DNA of 60,839 bases, the filler included, from Candidatus Babelota bacterium (lineage in GTDB: Bacteria; JAGOBX01): assembly GCA_017999075.1 (NCBI GenBank). It is 13 parts of 13 records of this genome, joined end to end, with 100 filler letters (N's around TTAATTAATTAA, not from the genome) between each part and the next. Parts side by side here need not be neighbours in the genome. Positions count along the whole stretch, not along the records: positions 28,544 to 33,102 come from JAGOBX010000337.1; positions 33,203 to 37,754 come from JAGOBX010000338.1; positions 37,855 to 42,405 come from JAGOBX010000339.1; 10 more parts are not named here. One strand, 5' to 3'. Below the pieces are notes generated by a model, which saw only the letters and a list, made by a program, of their open reading frames with translations, was not told the origin of the DNA and did no database searches. Numbering within the stretch: position 1 is the stretch's first letter; the number at the start of each line of letters is the position of its first letter. The position numbers and the translations under genes were made by a program. This document shows positions 28,545 to 39,186 of this stretch, one piece after another.

Positions 28545-30314
28545 TTTATCAGCAGCGTTCAAAAGGAATTTAGCGATGAACGAATTGCCTTGAGAGATTA
28601 CATAACAGGCGATCCGTTAATGAGAAAGTTCTTTGAACCCTTTATATTCGAAGACATTCCGGCTAAAGACAGACCTGCTGATAATGTTTATATTGATGAA
28701 GTTAAAAACTGCGATATTTATCTTGGCCTGTTCGGCAATGAATATGGTTTTGAAGATAAATATGGAATTTCTCCGACACATAAAGAATTCATTTGCGCTA
28801 CTGAACATAAAAAACATCGTCTTATTTTTATTAAAGGAAATGATGACAAAGATAAACATAGCAAAATGAAAGCGCTTATAAAAAAAGCGGGTATGCAGTT
28901 GGTGCGGCGCAGATTTCAGTCTTCATCTGATTTGATTGGTTCTGTATATGCAAGTTTAATTGAATACCTTGAGGATTGTGATTTAATACACTCCTGTCCT
29001 TTTGATGCTGCAACATGCAGAAATGCTTCTTTAAATGATATTTCTGAAGATAAAATAAAATGGTTCATTACACATTCAAGGAAAGCAAGAAATTTTGCTT
29101 TATCAGAATCATCAGACATCACTGATGCATTAACACATTTAAATCTTGTCAGCGAAAATAATAGCTTATCAAATGCTGCTGTTCTGTTATTCGGGAAAAA
29201 TCCGCAGAAATTTTTGATATCCTCTGAAATTAAATGCGCGCATTTTCACGGAACAGAAATACGCAAACCTATTCCGTCATATCAGGTTTATAAAGGCACT
29301 GTGTTTGATCTTGTTGATCAGGCAGTTGATTTTGTAATGTCTAAAATAAATATTTCTGTAGGAACGAGAAAGGATGGACCTCAAGCGCCGGTTGAATATG
29401 AAATACCGCAGGAAGTTGTCGCAGAAGCGATTGTAAATGCGGTTGCTCATCGTGATTATACAAGTAACGGCAGTGTGCAGGTTATGCTTTTTGCTGATCG
29501 TCTGGAAATATGGAATCCAGGAAATCTGCCGCCTACATTAACTCTTGAGAAATTACGATTACCTCACGGCTCTGTGCCTGCTAATCCACTGATAGCCGAA
29601 CCATTATACCTTACTAAATATATTGAAAGACTTGGAACGGGTACTCGTGATATGATCTCCAGATGCCGAGACAGAGGTTTGCCGGAGCCAGAATTCGCTC
29701 TTACAGATGGTTTTGTAACCATTATTCGAAGAATGACCGAACAAGTCACCGAACAAGTTACAGTACAAGTTCCCAGAGAAGTTGAACGGCTTATCCGAAT
29801 CGTTAATGTTGAAATGAAAAGGGTTGAAATTCAGAAATTATTGCAATTGCGGCACGAAGATTATTTTCGACAGGAATACCTTGTTCCTGCGTTAAATAGT
29901 GGTTTTATTGAAATGACTGAACCGGATAAACCGACTAGTAAAAATCAAAAATATAGATTAAGTTCAAAGGGCAAAATTTACCTAAATAAATCTTTTAAAA
30001 GTGATAAAACAGGACAGGATTCTGCATACTTGACCGGTGAAGTTAGCGGGGTAGATAACGGGGTAGTTGCAGGACAAGTTACAGACGAAGTAATGCAGCT
30101 TTTAAAAGTTATTGTCGGCGAATTGCCGAGAATAAAAATACAAAATATTCTTAAACTTAAAAGCCGAGCTAATTTTGAAGATAGATATTTAAAACCTGCA
30201 ATTGAAAATGGACTGATTGAAATGACTATACCGGATAAACCGAAAAGCAGCAGGCAGAAATATCGGCTTACTAAAAAAGGAAAAAACTATTTAAAAAATG
30301 CGAGTAAATTATAA
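28545..30314 (+). CDS. DUF4062 + RecG-C/HATPase_c_4-like domain + two Fic-associated winged-HTH modules, 5' partial
   Basis: FISSVQKEF..ER at the contig start, CDIYLGLFGNEYG, EAIVNAVAHRDY, RLEIWNPG, IERLGTG; two copies of YL.PA...G.IEMT.PDKP.S..QKYRL. Confidence 0.85.
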   Translation, partial: FISSVQKEFSDERIALRDYITGDPLMRKFFEPFIFEDIPAKDRPADNVYIDEVKNCDIYLGLFGNEYGFEDKYGISPTHKEFICATEHKKHRLIFIKGNDDKDKHSKMKALIKKAGMQLVRRRFQSSSDLIGSVYASLIEYLEDCDLIHSCPFDAATCRNASLNDISEDKIKWFITHSRKARNFALSESSDITDALTHLNLVSENNSLSNAAVLLFGKNPQKFLISSEIKCAHFHGTEIRKPIPSYQVYKGTVFDLVDQAVDFVMSKINISVGTRKDGPQAPVEYEIPQEVVAEAIVNAVAHRDYTSNGSVQVMLFADRLEIWNPGNLPPTLTLEKLRLPHGSVPANPLIAEPLYLTKYIERLGTGTRDMISRCRDRGLPEPEFALTDGFVTIIRRMTEQVTEQVTVQVPREVERLIRIVNVEMKRVEIQKLLQLRHEDYFRQEYLVPALNSGFIEMTEPDKPTSKNQKYRLSSKGKIYLNKSFKSDKTGQDSAYLTGEVSGVDNGVVAGQVTDEVMQLLKVIVGELPRIKIQNILKLKSRANFEDRYLKPAIENGLIEMTIPDKPKSSRQKYRLTKKGKNYLKNASKL

Positions 30315-30453
30315 TTGAATGAGGTTTACCAAAGATTTTTATGAATATTATCGGCCGAATCAAAGGCGATGAATGGAAAAAACTTAAAAATATACATTCA
30401 GAAAAAATGGTGATATCTAAATTAATTTATTCTGATTCAGGAGTTTAAATAAA

Positions 30454-30768
30454 ATGATAATTTATAACAAATTAGTACGAGATAAAATTCCTGAAATCAT
30501 TGAAAATGATGGTAAAAAATATGAAATGAAAATTGTTTCTAATGACGAGGCGAAACTACTTCTTGCTGAAAAAATCAAGGAGGAAGCGGATGAATTCCTA
30601 AAAGACCCAAGCAAAGAAGAAATGGCGGATATTTTAGAAGTTGTTCTTTCTATGATAAAAAAATCGAACTGGACATTTGAGGAAATTGAAAAAATCAGAA
30701 TTCAAAAAGCTGAAAAACGCGGAGGTTTCGAAAAAAATATTTTTTTAGTGAGTACTGAAACGAGGTAA
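30454..30768 (+). CDS. MazG-like nucleoside triphosphate pyrophosphohydrolase (PRA-PH-like)
   Basis: YNKLVRDKIPEII, EEADEF..EEMADILEV, KAEKRGGFEK. Confidence 0.88.
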   Translation: MIIYNKLVRDKIPEIIENDGKKYEMKIVSNDEAKLLLAEKIKEEADEFLKDPSKEEMADILEVVLSMIKKSNWTFEEIEKIRIQKAEKRGGFEKNIFLVSTETR

Positions 30769-30769
30769 T

Positions 30770-31951
30770 ATGGATTCCCCTAAACAAATTGAATCAATAA
30801 TTAAAGATGGTGACAAAACCACCACTTATAAATACGCATTAGTCAATGCAATAATCGATTATATAATAGATTATCCTACAGAACCTGCAACAAATGGTTT
30901 TCATTTTTTACCTTCAATTTATTTTGCAAGAAAATTTATTGAATATTATTGGCCGCTTTGTAAAAATAATATACCGCAGTTTCAAGCAAATCCAAGAGCA
31001 CGAATGATAAAAGTTGAAGCTGATTTTTTAGATTTTTCTAGCAAGTTTAAGTCTGATCCAACAAATGATTTTTCAATTGAAACAGCAGAAAGTATTCGAA
31101 GAATTATTGATAGAATAGAAAAAGAGTACCAAAAATTACCTGATTATTATATATCTCTTTTACAACATATAAGGTCAACAATTATTGATATGCCTATTAG
31201 ATATATTTCTAATGTAAATCAAAAACGACTTGAACTATTTACTGTTTATCATAAACAAATGCCTCTCCATAATTCTGATTTTAATTCTATAATAAATGAA
31301 GGCAGAAAAAAAATTCCAGGTATTAACCAGACTTATTATGATTTGGAAAAAAACGAAACATTTTTTATATTGATCTCACATAGGGTTTTCGAAGAATTAA
31401 AAGAAATGCGTTTCTGGATTAAGGATGTGATTACAAAGCAATGGGCATTGCAATGTTCAAAATATTCACCTTCTGATATAAATTCAAAGTTATTATTAGA
31501 ATCTTTAGAAGGAATACCTTATTCTCGAAATAGTTTAGAATTTTATCGAAAAACATATATTGGTTTAAAATTAAACAATTGTTTTTATACAGATAAGAAA
31601 ATAAATGAAAATCAATTTGTTATTGATCATTTTTTGCCGTGGTCGCGATTTCCTTCTGATTTTTTTTGGAATTTATTTCCTACATCTGCTGATCTGAATT
31701 CGAAAAAATCTGACAAGCTTATCGTTCTGAACGAATACATAAGAAATACTGCGATTCATAAGCATCTTGAAGTATGCATTGGTGCAAATATTCCAAGAAT
31801 AAATGATGAATTAAAGATTACATATATAAAATATTTAGGTGGCAACTATAAACAAGATATTAACGAAAATATTAGAGATATAAGGAATTTAATTCTATAT
31901 CTATACAATGATTTAGATAAGTCAATTATTTCAGATAAAATATGCGTTTAA
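30770..31951 (+). CDS. HNH endonuclease with N-terminal TTYKYAL domain
   Basis: KTTTYKYALVNAI..FIEYYWP N-domain; CFYT..IDHFLPWS..FWNLFPT...NSKKSDK HNH motif; starts 1 nt after the MazG-like stop. Confidence 0.85.
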   Translation: MDSPKQIESIIKDGDKTTTYKYALVNAIIDYIIDYPTEPATNGFHFLPSIYFARKFIEYYWPLCKNNIPQFQANPRARMIKVEADFLDFSSKFKSDPTNDFSIETAESIRRIIDRIEKEYQKLPDYYISLLQHIRSTIIDMPIRYISNVNQKRLELFTVYHKQMPLHNSDFNSIINEGRKKIPGINQTYYDLEKNETFFILISHRVFEELKEMRFWIKDVITKQWALQCSKYSPSDINSKLLLESLEGIPYSRNSLEFYRKTYIGLKLNNCFYTDKKINENQFVIDHFLPWSRFPSDFFWNLFPTSADLNSKKSDKLIVLNEYIRNTAIHKHLEVCIGANIPRINDELKITYIKYLGGNYKQDINENIRDIRNLILYLYNDLDKSIISDKICV

Positions 31952-32257
31952 TTTTTTTGAATGTACATCGAAAGCTATAACTGGAAATTACTGAAAAATA
32001 TTCATTTGAAAAAAATAGTGATATATATAAGCAAGTTGTTTTTTGAGCAGTCGAATATGGAAAACAGCGCGGAAGATATTGCTTTCCTAGTTGGTCCCGA
32101 GTTGTTTGCTGAATGCAGTTTTGGATGAACATCTTCTAAACTGAAGTCGATGCATTCACTAACTGTATTGTATCAGAAATATGAGTTAGTTCAAATTTCG
32201 ATAGAAGTGGTGGAAGTGAAGCAGTAGGGAATTATTATTATTTGGAGTAATTAAATT

Positions 32258-33102
32258 ATGGGGAACATAGAATCTGTTGAAATGCACCAAATACAAAGTA
32301 AAATATATACTATTCGCGGTTTACAGGTTATGATTGATTCGGATTTGGCTGAATTTTATGGCGTGGCAACTAAAGTTATGAATCAGGCAGTAAAAAGAAA
32401 TAAGAATAGATTTCCTGAAGAATTTATTTTCAGGCTAACAATAAATGAAAAAAATGAACTGGTCACAAATTGTGACCGGTTCGCTAAATTGAAACATTCA
32501 GCAACTACTCCTTACGCTTTTACTGAGCAGGGCGTTGCTATGCTGTCAGCAGTTTTAAAAAGTGAAGTTGCTGTAAAAGTTAGTGTTCAGATAATCAATG
32601 CGTTCGTTGCAATGCGGAAATTCCTGACTGCGAATGCGAGCGTATTCAAGCGATTAGATAATCTGGAAACTAAGCAACTTGAAACTGATAAAAAAATCGA
32701 TAATGTATTGAATGCTATCGAGAGCAGAGAGGTCAGAGTTAAGCAGGGAATATTCTTTGACGGCCAAATTTTCGACGCCTATAAATTTGTATCGGATATT
32801 GTTAGAACTGCAAAGAGTTCAATTATTCTCATTGACAATTATGTTGATGATACAGTATTGACTTTATTCTCGAAACGAAACAAAAATATTCCGTTAACAA
32901 TATTAACTAAAAATATTTCAAAACAGTTAAAGCTGGATGTTGAAAAATATAATCAGCAATACCCGATTGTAGAAATTAAAGAGTATGATAAATCGCACGA
33001 TAGATTTTTGATAATAGATAATAAAACAGTCTATCATTTCGGAGCCTCTTTAAAAGATTTGGGCAAGAAAATATTCGCATTCAGCAAGCTGGAAATAGAT
33101 AC
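32258..33102 (+). CDS. ORF6N DNA-binding domain protein with C-terminal PLD-like domain, 3' partial
   Basis: IRGLQVMIDSDLAEFYGV, NQAVKRNKNRFP, PYAFTEQGVAMLS; LIDNYVD and SHDRFLIID..GASLKDLG. Confidence 0.9.
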
Positions 33103-33202
33103 NNNNNNNNNNNNNNNNNNNNNNNNNNNNNNNNNNNNNNNNNNNNTTAATTAATTAANNNNNNNNNNNNNNNNNNNNNNNNNNNNNNNNNNNNNNNNNN
33201 NN

Positions 33203-33655
33203 GGAACATCTGTAAAGTATGTGCAGGAAAAAATTTATAATTTCGATCGAGAATATTTTGCAGCTGATATAAGCGGTAAATATCATATTAACGAAGACTT
33301 TGACATTTCTTTAATTTTATCAAACCTTTATTCTACAGAATCAAAATTCGATATTAAAAAAGAAAAATTACCGATAAAATGTTCTGCCGGATTAGGATTA
33401 AAAATTATTTCAGGTTTGAATTTTCAGTTATCAGCAGATATGAAGGAATATCAAAAATCAATAGAATTAGGAGCAGGCGCAGAGTATATTGTAAACAAAT
33501 ATTTTGAAATCAGATGCGGCTATAATTCAAGATACGAAGAATGGACGGCAGGATTCGGTTTAAATTCAGGAGTCTTAAAACTCGATTATGGTTTTGGAAA
33601 TAATACCGATTTAGGAAACACTCATAGAATCGGATTAACATATATTTTTGAATAA
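33203..33655 (+). CDS. PorV/PorQ-like outer-membrane beta-barrel, 5' partial
   Basis: Alternating beta strands, GAEY..EIRCGY, LDYGF...DLGNTHRIGLTYIF. Confidence 0.7.
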   Translation, partial: GTSVKYVQEKIYNFDREYFAADISGKYHINEDFDISLILSNLYSTESKFDIKKEKLPIKCSAGLGLKIISGLNFQLSADMKEYQKSIELGAGAEYIVNKYFEIRCGYNSRYEEWTAGFGLNSGVLKLDYGFGNNTDLGNTHRIGLTYIFE

Positions 33656-33679
33656 TTTATAAACAGGGAGTCCAAAATA

Positions 33680-35899
33680 ATGAATAAAAAAATTTTATTA
33701 TTTTGTATTATATTTTTCGGAATGATTTTAGTTGCTGAACCTCAAATTTTTGCTGCAGTCAAAATCTTTGAATTGGACGGAGAAGTTAAATTTCAAAAAT
33801 CCGGAACAAATCAATGGAAAGACGCAAAAATAAATATGGAATTGGAAAACTCAGATAAAATCAAAACTCTTTTTTCTTCATCCGCAATAATAAAACTTCC
33901 TGACGGAAGCAATATAACAATAGCAGAAAACACTGTTTTAAATCTTGATTCGGTTATCAATAAACAAAACATTAATGTTAAAGTAGTATTCGGCGGACTC
34001 AAAGCCGATGTTTTTAAGAAAAAATTGACGGATAAATCAGAATTTAAAATAACTACTCCCACAGCAGTTGCAGGGGTGCGAGGAACTGAATTTGAAGTTA
34101 CTGAAGGTTCAGATGGTTCTAAATTCCTGGTTTTGGAAGGAAGCGTAGAAATAGAAGCTAACGGAAAAAAAGTATTATTAAATAAAATGGAAAAAGTTCA
34201 GGTAACAAGCGGCGGTAAAATAAATGAAAAAGAAAAAGCCAGAGAAAACGAAACAATGTTAGAATTAACAGATAGAATAAAAGAAAAACTTGTCGATGTA
34301 AAAAAAGAAAAAGAATTGCTCGAAAAACAAAGCGAAACAAAACCTTCAGAAGGTGAAGGAAAAGATACTGAAACTATAGATACAGGCACAAGAAAACTTG
34401 AAGACATAAAAGATACAACACCAAAATCAGGACTAAAAGAAGATACTAAAAACTTAGAATTTAAAATTTCAACGGATACGAAACCAGCACAAAAACCAGA
34501 ATTCACAGGGCACGGCGACACTAAAATCATTGAAAAACCTGACCATGCAAGATCTTCCGAAGATACAAAACTTGTTGAAACAGGCAGGCATATTCCGGAT
34601 ACAAAAACTGTTCAGCCTGCAGCGCCAATAATTACTCCATCTTCTGAAAAACCTGTATCAGACACAAAACCTGTTCGGCCGGTTCCAATTACAGAACCTC
34701 CAAAACCAACAACGCCTACGGTACCTGCTGAACCATCAGAACCTCAATCGTCATTACCTCCGGCAACACCTGTTATAACCGAACCTCAGGATAATATTAC
34801 AGTTTATTCTAACAGAGTAACCGTATCTGGAAATTCAGATAAGGATCTTACCATAATTTTAAAAATAAACAATTCACAAGTAAGTACAATAAAATCAAGC
34901 GGAGATTTTACATTTTCAAATATATCTATGCGGGAAGGTTCGAATAAAATATCTGTAACAGCTAAAAACAGTAAAGGGTTACTTTCTCCTGAAGCATCAA
35001 TAAATATCACTTCTATAGTTTCTATGCCTGCTCCTCAAATAACTTCGCCGGCTCCAGGAAGTAATTTTGACAGAGGTCCTGCTCCTATAATTAATTTAAC
35101 CGGATGGGATAATGCGGAATGGACCAACAAAAACCCTCTTAATATTTCCGGAAAAATTTCTTTCAATAATACTCTTAACATTCCGGATATTAAAGGAAAA
35201 TGGTTAACAAATCAAGGGAAAGGAATTGAAGGAGATATATCTTTAATAATAAAAGCAGACAACGATGAATTTGAATATTCTTCACGTTCTGATGCATCGG
35301 GAAACTTCAATTTAAGCGGAGTTTCTATAAATCTTCCTGATGATAAATTCACTTGTAAGACAAATAGCGAAGAAGCCATGATATCAGGCGGGAATCTTCA
35401 GTATAACTGGATAATGGAACAAGGTCAAAACAAACTAAATATAGAAGCCCTTGAAAAGAGTATTACTATTTCAATAAAAGTGCGTGGAAAAAATATTGAA
35501 GGAATCGAAAGCCCTGAGGCAGTTTTTTCTTATTCATCTCAAGGTAAAAACAGTTCAATTTCCAAAGATAAAAAATTAGATTCTTTAGAACCTATAATAG
35601 GAGCAGCATCTTCAGTGACAGATGATTTAATAAGAATTACAACTCGAGATCCTGAACCAACCAGTGGAGTTTATAAGGTAACAGTTGATGGAATTTTATT
35701 AAAACGGGTGGAAGGAACTGAAAAAGATTCTGAACAGGTTTGGGAAGGCAACATTAAAATAATAAAACCTAATTTGCCGCCCCCGCCGCCGGACAGACCT
35801 GCAGGTTATACAAAAAAACAAAATGTTAAAGTAAAAGTTACTGACAGATCTGAAAATTCTAAAGAACAAAATGTTGAATTAATTATATTTTTTCAATAA
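33680..35899 (+). CDS. Secreted FecR-domain protein with Pro-rich linker and Ig-like domains
   Basis: Signal peptide, FKITTPTAVAGVRGTEFEV FecR motif, repeated DTK linker, Ig-like EGSNKISVTAKN. Confidence 0.8.
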   Translation: MNKKILLFCIIFFGMILVAEPQIFAAVKIFELDGEVKFQKSGTNQWKDAKINMELENSDKIKTLFSSSAIIKLPDGSNITIAENTVLNLDSVINKQNINVKVVFGGLKADVFKKKLTDKSEFKITTPTAVAGVRGTEFEVTEGSDGSKFLVLEGSVEIEANGKKVLLNKMEKVQVTSGGKINEKEKARENETMLELTDRIKEKLVDVKKEKELLEKQSETKPSEGEGKDTETIDTGTRKLEDIKDTTPKSGLKEDTKNLEFKISTDTKPAQKPEFTGHGDTKIIEKPDHARSSEDTKLVETGRHIPDTKTVQPAAPIITPSSEKPVSDTKPVRPVPITEPPKPTTPTVPAEPSEPQSSLPPATPVITEPQDNITVYSNRVTVSGNSDKDLTIILKINNSQVSTIKSSGDFTFSNISMREGSNKISVTAKNSKGLLSPEASINITSIVSMPAPQITSPAPGSNFDRGPAPIINLTGWDNAEWTNKNPLNISGKISFNNTLNIPDIKGKWLTNQGKGIEGDISLIIKADNDEFEYSSRSDASGNFNLSGVSINLPDDKFTCKTNSEEAMISGGNLQYNWIMEQGQNKLNIEALEKSITISIKVRGKNIEGIESPEAVFSYSSQGKNSSISKDKKLDSLEPIIGAASSVTDDLIRITTRDPEPTSGVYKVTVDGILLKRVEGTEKDSEQVWEGNIKIIKPNLPPPPPDRPAGYTKKQNVKVKVTDRSENSKEQNVELIIFFQ

Positions 35900-35963
35900 T
35901 TTTTTTTAATATGATATAATGAAAAAATTTTAAAATATCGGTTTTTCATTATACTATTTATTT

Positions 35964-37517
35964 GTGGAGTTTAATATGTTAAAAAATTGTATGAAATTAC
36001 TTTTGATATTGATGCCGCTTATATTTTTATCAATTATTTCTGGCGAAGCTAAATCCACATTGACAGGTTCGATAGAATTAGGATATGAATATATAGATAT
36101 TGATAATCCTCTTAACAACACGTCTTATAATCGCGGTTCAACGCACAATTTCAGGTTTCTAACAACTGACAAAATTAATTCCTACAATTTTTCAGGCATA
36201 GGAAATTTAACCTATAACAAAGACAAAAGTTCGAAAAAATTTTTAATCGAAACATTACGTCTCGAATTTGCAAATGACAGGCAATCGTTCTTATTCGGTC
36301 AATATTATCCTCAATTTTCAGAATTGACAATAAACAATCAAAAAATGGAAGGAATTAATATTAATTTATTCAGGAAACATTTTGATGTGAATATATTTGG
36401 CGGTATATCTAACCAGTATGAAAAAATCACAGAACTCAATTCAACTCCTAAATACCAGCAATACTTATACGGCATAAAAACAGATTATAAACTCGGAATC
36501 CATAAAATTTATATAACCGCGTTTCAGGCTCAGGAAGATAAAAGTTCAATAGACACCGGAATTCCTTCGCTTGGTCCAATAAAAAATAATTTAATTGCTC
36601 TCGGATTTACAGGAATAATCCCTAATGAAAAAGGGAAATTCAAATTCGAATATTCCGCTACTGAACTTGATGACGACAGAAAAGATTCTATTGTTGAAAA
36701 AACAAATGATTGGGGAATATTAACTTCTTTAGACTACAATCTTTTAAAAAATTTACGGACTACTCTTCAATATAAAAATTTCGGTAACGGGTATTACACT
36801 ACCGGAAATCAATCGTTAAACTCAAGTGCAGTAGGATATAACGGAATTTTATTTCAATACGAATACGCTCTTGAAAAAACAATGTTTTCCGGATATTATG
36901 AAAATTATTTTGAAGAAAGCTTCGATACTTCAGGCATCAAAACTAAATACTGGATTTTCGATAACAGCATCAAACAGAGAATCAACGACAACAATGAAAT
37001 AACTTTTTCATCTTATTTAAAAGATACAAAAAAAGAAGACGGTACAAATGATAAATTTAAATACACGGGAAAAATCTCATATTCAAAAAAACTAAAAACA
37101 GCTAAAATCAGCGGAAACATAAACTATTCAAAAACTGACGATAAAACCATTTCAAATGCAGACAGCAAAGTTAAAGGATTCTCAATAAATTATTCCGATA
37201 AATACTTTAAAAACAAAATGTATTTTTCTACTTTTATAATGGCAAACAACACTACAGGCGATATTAATTTTTTTATGATAAACACAAATATAAATCATAA
37301 GCTTATTCCTAATAAATTTTTGATTACTGCCAATCTCGGGTATCAGTTGAACAGCAACCCGACAGAATTAACAAGAACTTATACAAATAAATTAAATTTT
37401 AAATATTATTTATCATTCGAAAAAACAATAGAATTCGAGCTGAAAAATGACAGAAAATTTGCTGTTAGCGGCTACAATGTTTGGGATACTGTCCTAAAAT
37501 ACGCAATGATATTTTGA
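35964..37517 (+). CDS. Putative outer-membrane beta-barrel protein
   Basis: Signal peptide, amphipathic beta pattern, GQYYPQFSELTI, terminal Phe. Confidence 0.65.
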   Translation: MEFNMLKNCMKLLLILMPLIFLSIISGEAKSTLTGSIELGYEYIDIDNPLNNTSYNRGSTHNFRFLTTDKINSYNFSGIGNLTYNKDKSSKKFLIETLRLEFANDRQSFLFGQYYPQFSELTINNQKMEGININLFRKHFDVNIFGGISNQYEKITELNSTPKYQQYLYGIKTDYKLGIHKIYITAFQAQEDKSSIDTGIPSLGPIKNNLIALGFTGIIPNEKGKFKFEYSATELDDDRKDSIVEKTNDWGILTSLDYNLLKNLRTTLQYKNFGNGYYTTGNQSLNSSAVGYNGILFQYEYALEKTMFSGYYENYFEESFDTSGIKTKYWIFDNSIKQRINDNNEITFSSYLKDTKKEDGTNDKFKYTGKISYSKKLKTAKISGNINYSKTDDKTISNADSKVKGFSINYSDKYFKNKMYFSTFIMANNTTGDINFFMINTNINHKLIPNKFLITANLGYQLNSNPTELTRTYTNKLNFKYYLSFEKTIEFELKNDRKFAVSGYNVWDTVLKYAMIF

Positions 37518-37625
37518 TTAAAAAATAAAATTTGTTTTTTTACCTTTATACATAAAATTAAATTCAACTATTGATTATCGGTTATTTTCATTCAGTAATT
37601 CATTATTTATTGCTTATATTTCCGC

Positions 37626-37654
37626 TTGACAATTAAAATAATCAGAAGTAATAT
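37626..37654 (+). promoter_or_regulatory. Putative sigma70 promoter for a gene starting at 37683 (truncated by the linker)
   Basis: TTGACA-17 nt-TAATAT. Confidence 0.5.
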
Positions 37655-37876
37655 AGAAAAAATACATAAATTATAAATAAGTATGAAAACTAAATCAAAA
37701 TATAAAATAGCATTATTTCATTTTCACGGACATATTAACAATAAAGACATATTGNNNNNNNNNNNNNNNNNNNNNNNNNNNNNNNNNNNNNNNNNNNNTT
37801 AATTAATTAANNNNNNNNNNNNNNNNNNNNNNNNNNNNNNNNNNNNNNNNNNNNTTTATAATAATTTTTAATTTAT

Positions 37877-38491
37877 TTGATGGCTGGAAAATTAAGTAAA
37901 GAATTTTTAAAAGGATTTTTAGAAGAAAATCCTGTTTTTGGATTGTTGTTAGGTATGTGTCCTACGCTCGCCGTAACTACTGCTGCTATTAACGGCATTT
38001 CAATGGGAATAGCTACAACTCTTGTTTTAATCTGTTCAAATATAATAATTTCTTCCATCAGAAAAATAATTCCTGACAATGTCAGAATGCCTGCTTACAT
38101 AGTAGTTATAGCTACTTTCGTTACAATAACTGATTTAATAATGGGAACTTATTTTTTAACCATTTATAAAGTACTTGGTATATATATACCTTTAATAGTG
38201 GTGAATTGTATAATACTTGGAAGAGCTGAAGCTTACGCTTCTAAAAATAATGTTTTTTATTCATTAATCGACGGAATAAGTATGGGTCTTGGTTTTACTG
38301 TTTCATTGACTGTTATTGGGGGAATAAGAGAAATTTTAGGAAACGGAACTTTTTTTAATATAAAATTATTCAGCGATAGTTATCAACCTGCTCTTCTTAT
38401 GATATTGCCTCCAGGCGGTTTTTTGACATTAGCGTTTTTACTTGTTTTTGTAAATTATTTGAATAATAAAATTAAACGGAATCAGGCATAA
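37877..38491 (+). CDS. rnfE: Rnf electron transport complex subunit E
   Basis: NPVFGLLLGMCPTLAVT, IPLIVVNCIILGRAE, ILPPGGF. Confidence 0.95.
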   Translation: MMAGKLSKEFLKGFLEENPVFGLLLGMCPTLAVTTAAINGISMGIATTLVLICSNIIISSIRKIIPDNVRMPAYIVVIATFVTITDLIMGTYFLTIYKVLGIYIPLIVVNCIILGRAEAYASKNNVFYSLIDGISMGLGFTVSLTVIGGIREILGNGTFFNIKLFSDSYQPALLMILPPGGFLTLAFLLVFVNYLNNKIKRNQA

Positions 38492-38499
38492 ATTATATT

Positions 38500-39144
38500 A
38501 TGAAAGAATATTTATTAATCATAATCAGCGTAGCATTAATTAACAATTTTGTTTTAGTGAGATTTTTAGGTATTTGCCCGTTTATTGGCGTTTCAAAAAA
38601 AATCGAAACAGCTCTTGGAATGGGATTGGCAGTAATTTTTGTAATTACAATTGCTTCAATAATGACATTCATAATAAATTATTTATTTTTACTTCCTGCA
38701 GATTCAAATTTGTTATATAAATTTTTCGGGAATGGGAAAAATATTCCTGCTGACTTTGATTTCAGAGATTTACAAACAATAATTTTCATTTTATCTATTG
38801 CCACACTGGTTCAGCTTGTTGAAATGGCTATGAAAAAATATCGTCCTGCATTGTATCAGGCATTAGGAATTTATCTGCCGCTAATTACTACAAATTGTGC
38901 AGTATTAGGAGTTGCTCTGATAAATGTTCAGGATCCTAAATTTCAAAACAGCTTATTAAAATCAGCCATAAACGGATTCGGAGCCGCATTGGGTTTTACC
39001 ATAGCTCTTATAATTATGTCCGGATTAAGAGAAAAATTTGAATATATAAATATTCCTAAACCTTTACAGGGAGTTCCTATAGCTTTAATAACTGCCGGGA
39101 TTTTATCATTATGTTTTATGGGATTCAGCGGAATAGTTAAGTAA
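38500..39144 (+). CDS. rnfA: Rnf electron transport complex subunit A
   Basis: NNFVLVRFLGICPFIGVSKK, LGIYLPLITTNCAVLG. Confidence 0.95.
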   Translation: MKEYLLIIISVALINNFVLVRFLGICPFIGVSKKIETALGMGLAVIFVITIASIMTFIINYLFLLPADSNLLYKFFGNGKNIPADFDFRDLQTIIFILSIATLVQLVEMAMKKYRPALYQALGIYLPLITTNCAVLGVALINVQDPKFQNSLLKSAINGFGAALGFTIALIIMSGLREKFEYINIPKPLQGVPIALITAGILSLCFMGFSGIVK

Positions 39145-39186
39145 AACTATATATCCCTTAAAAATCTAAAAAAATACATTAATACA

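Noticed and set aside
31952-32257. Possible ncRNA or small gene between HNH and ORF6N
   Set aside because: No stable structure or recognisable motif found by eye.
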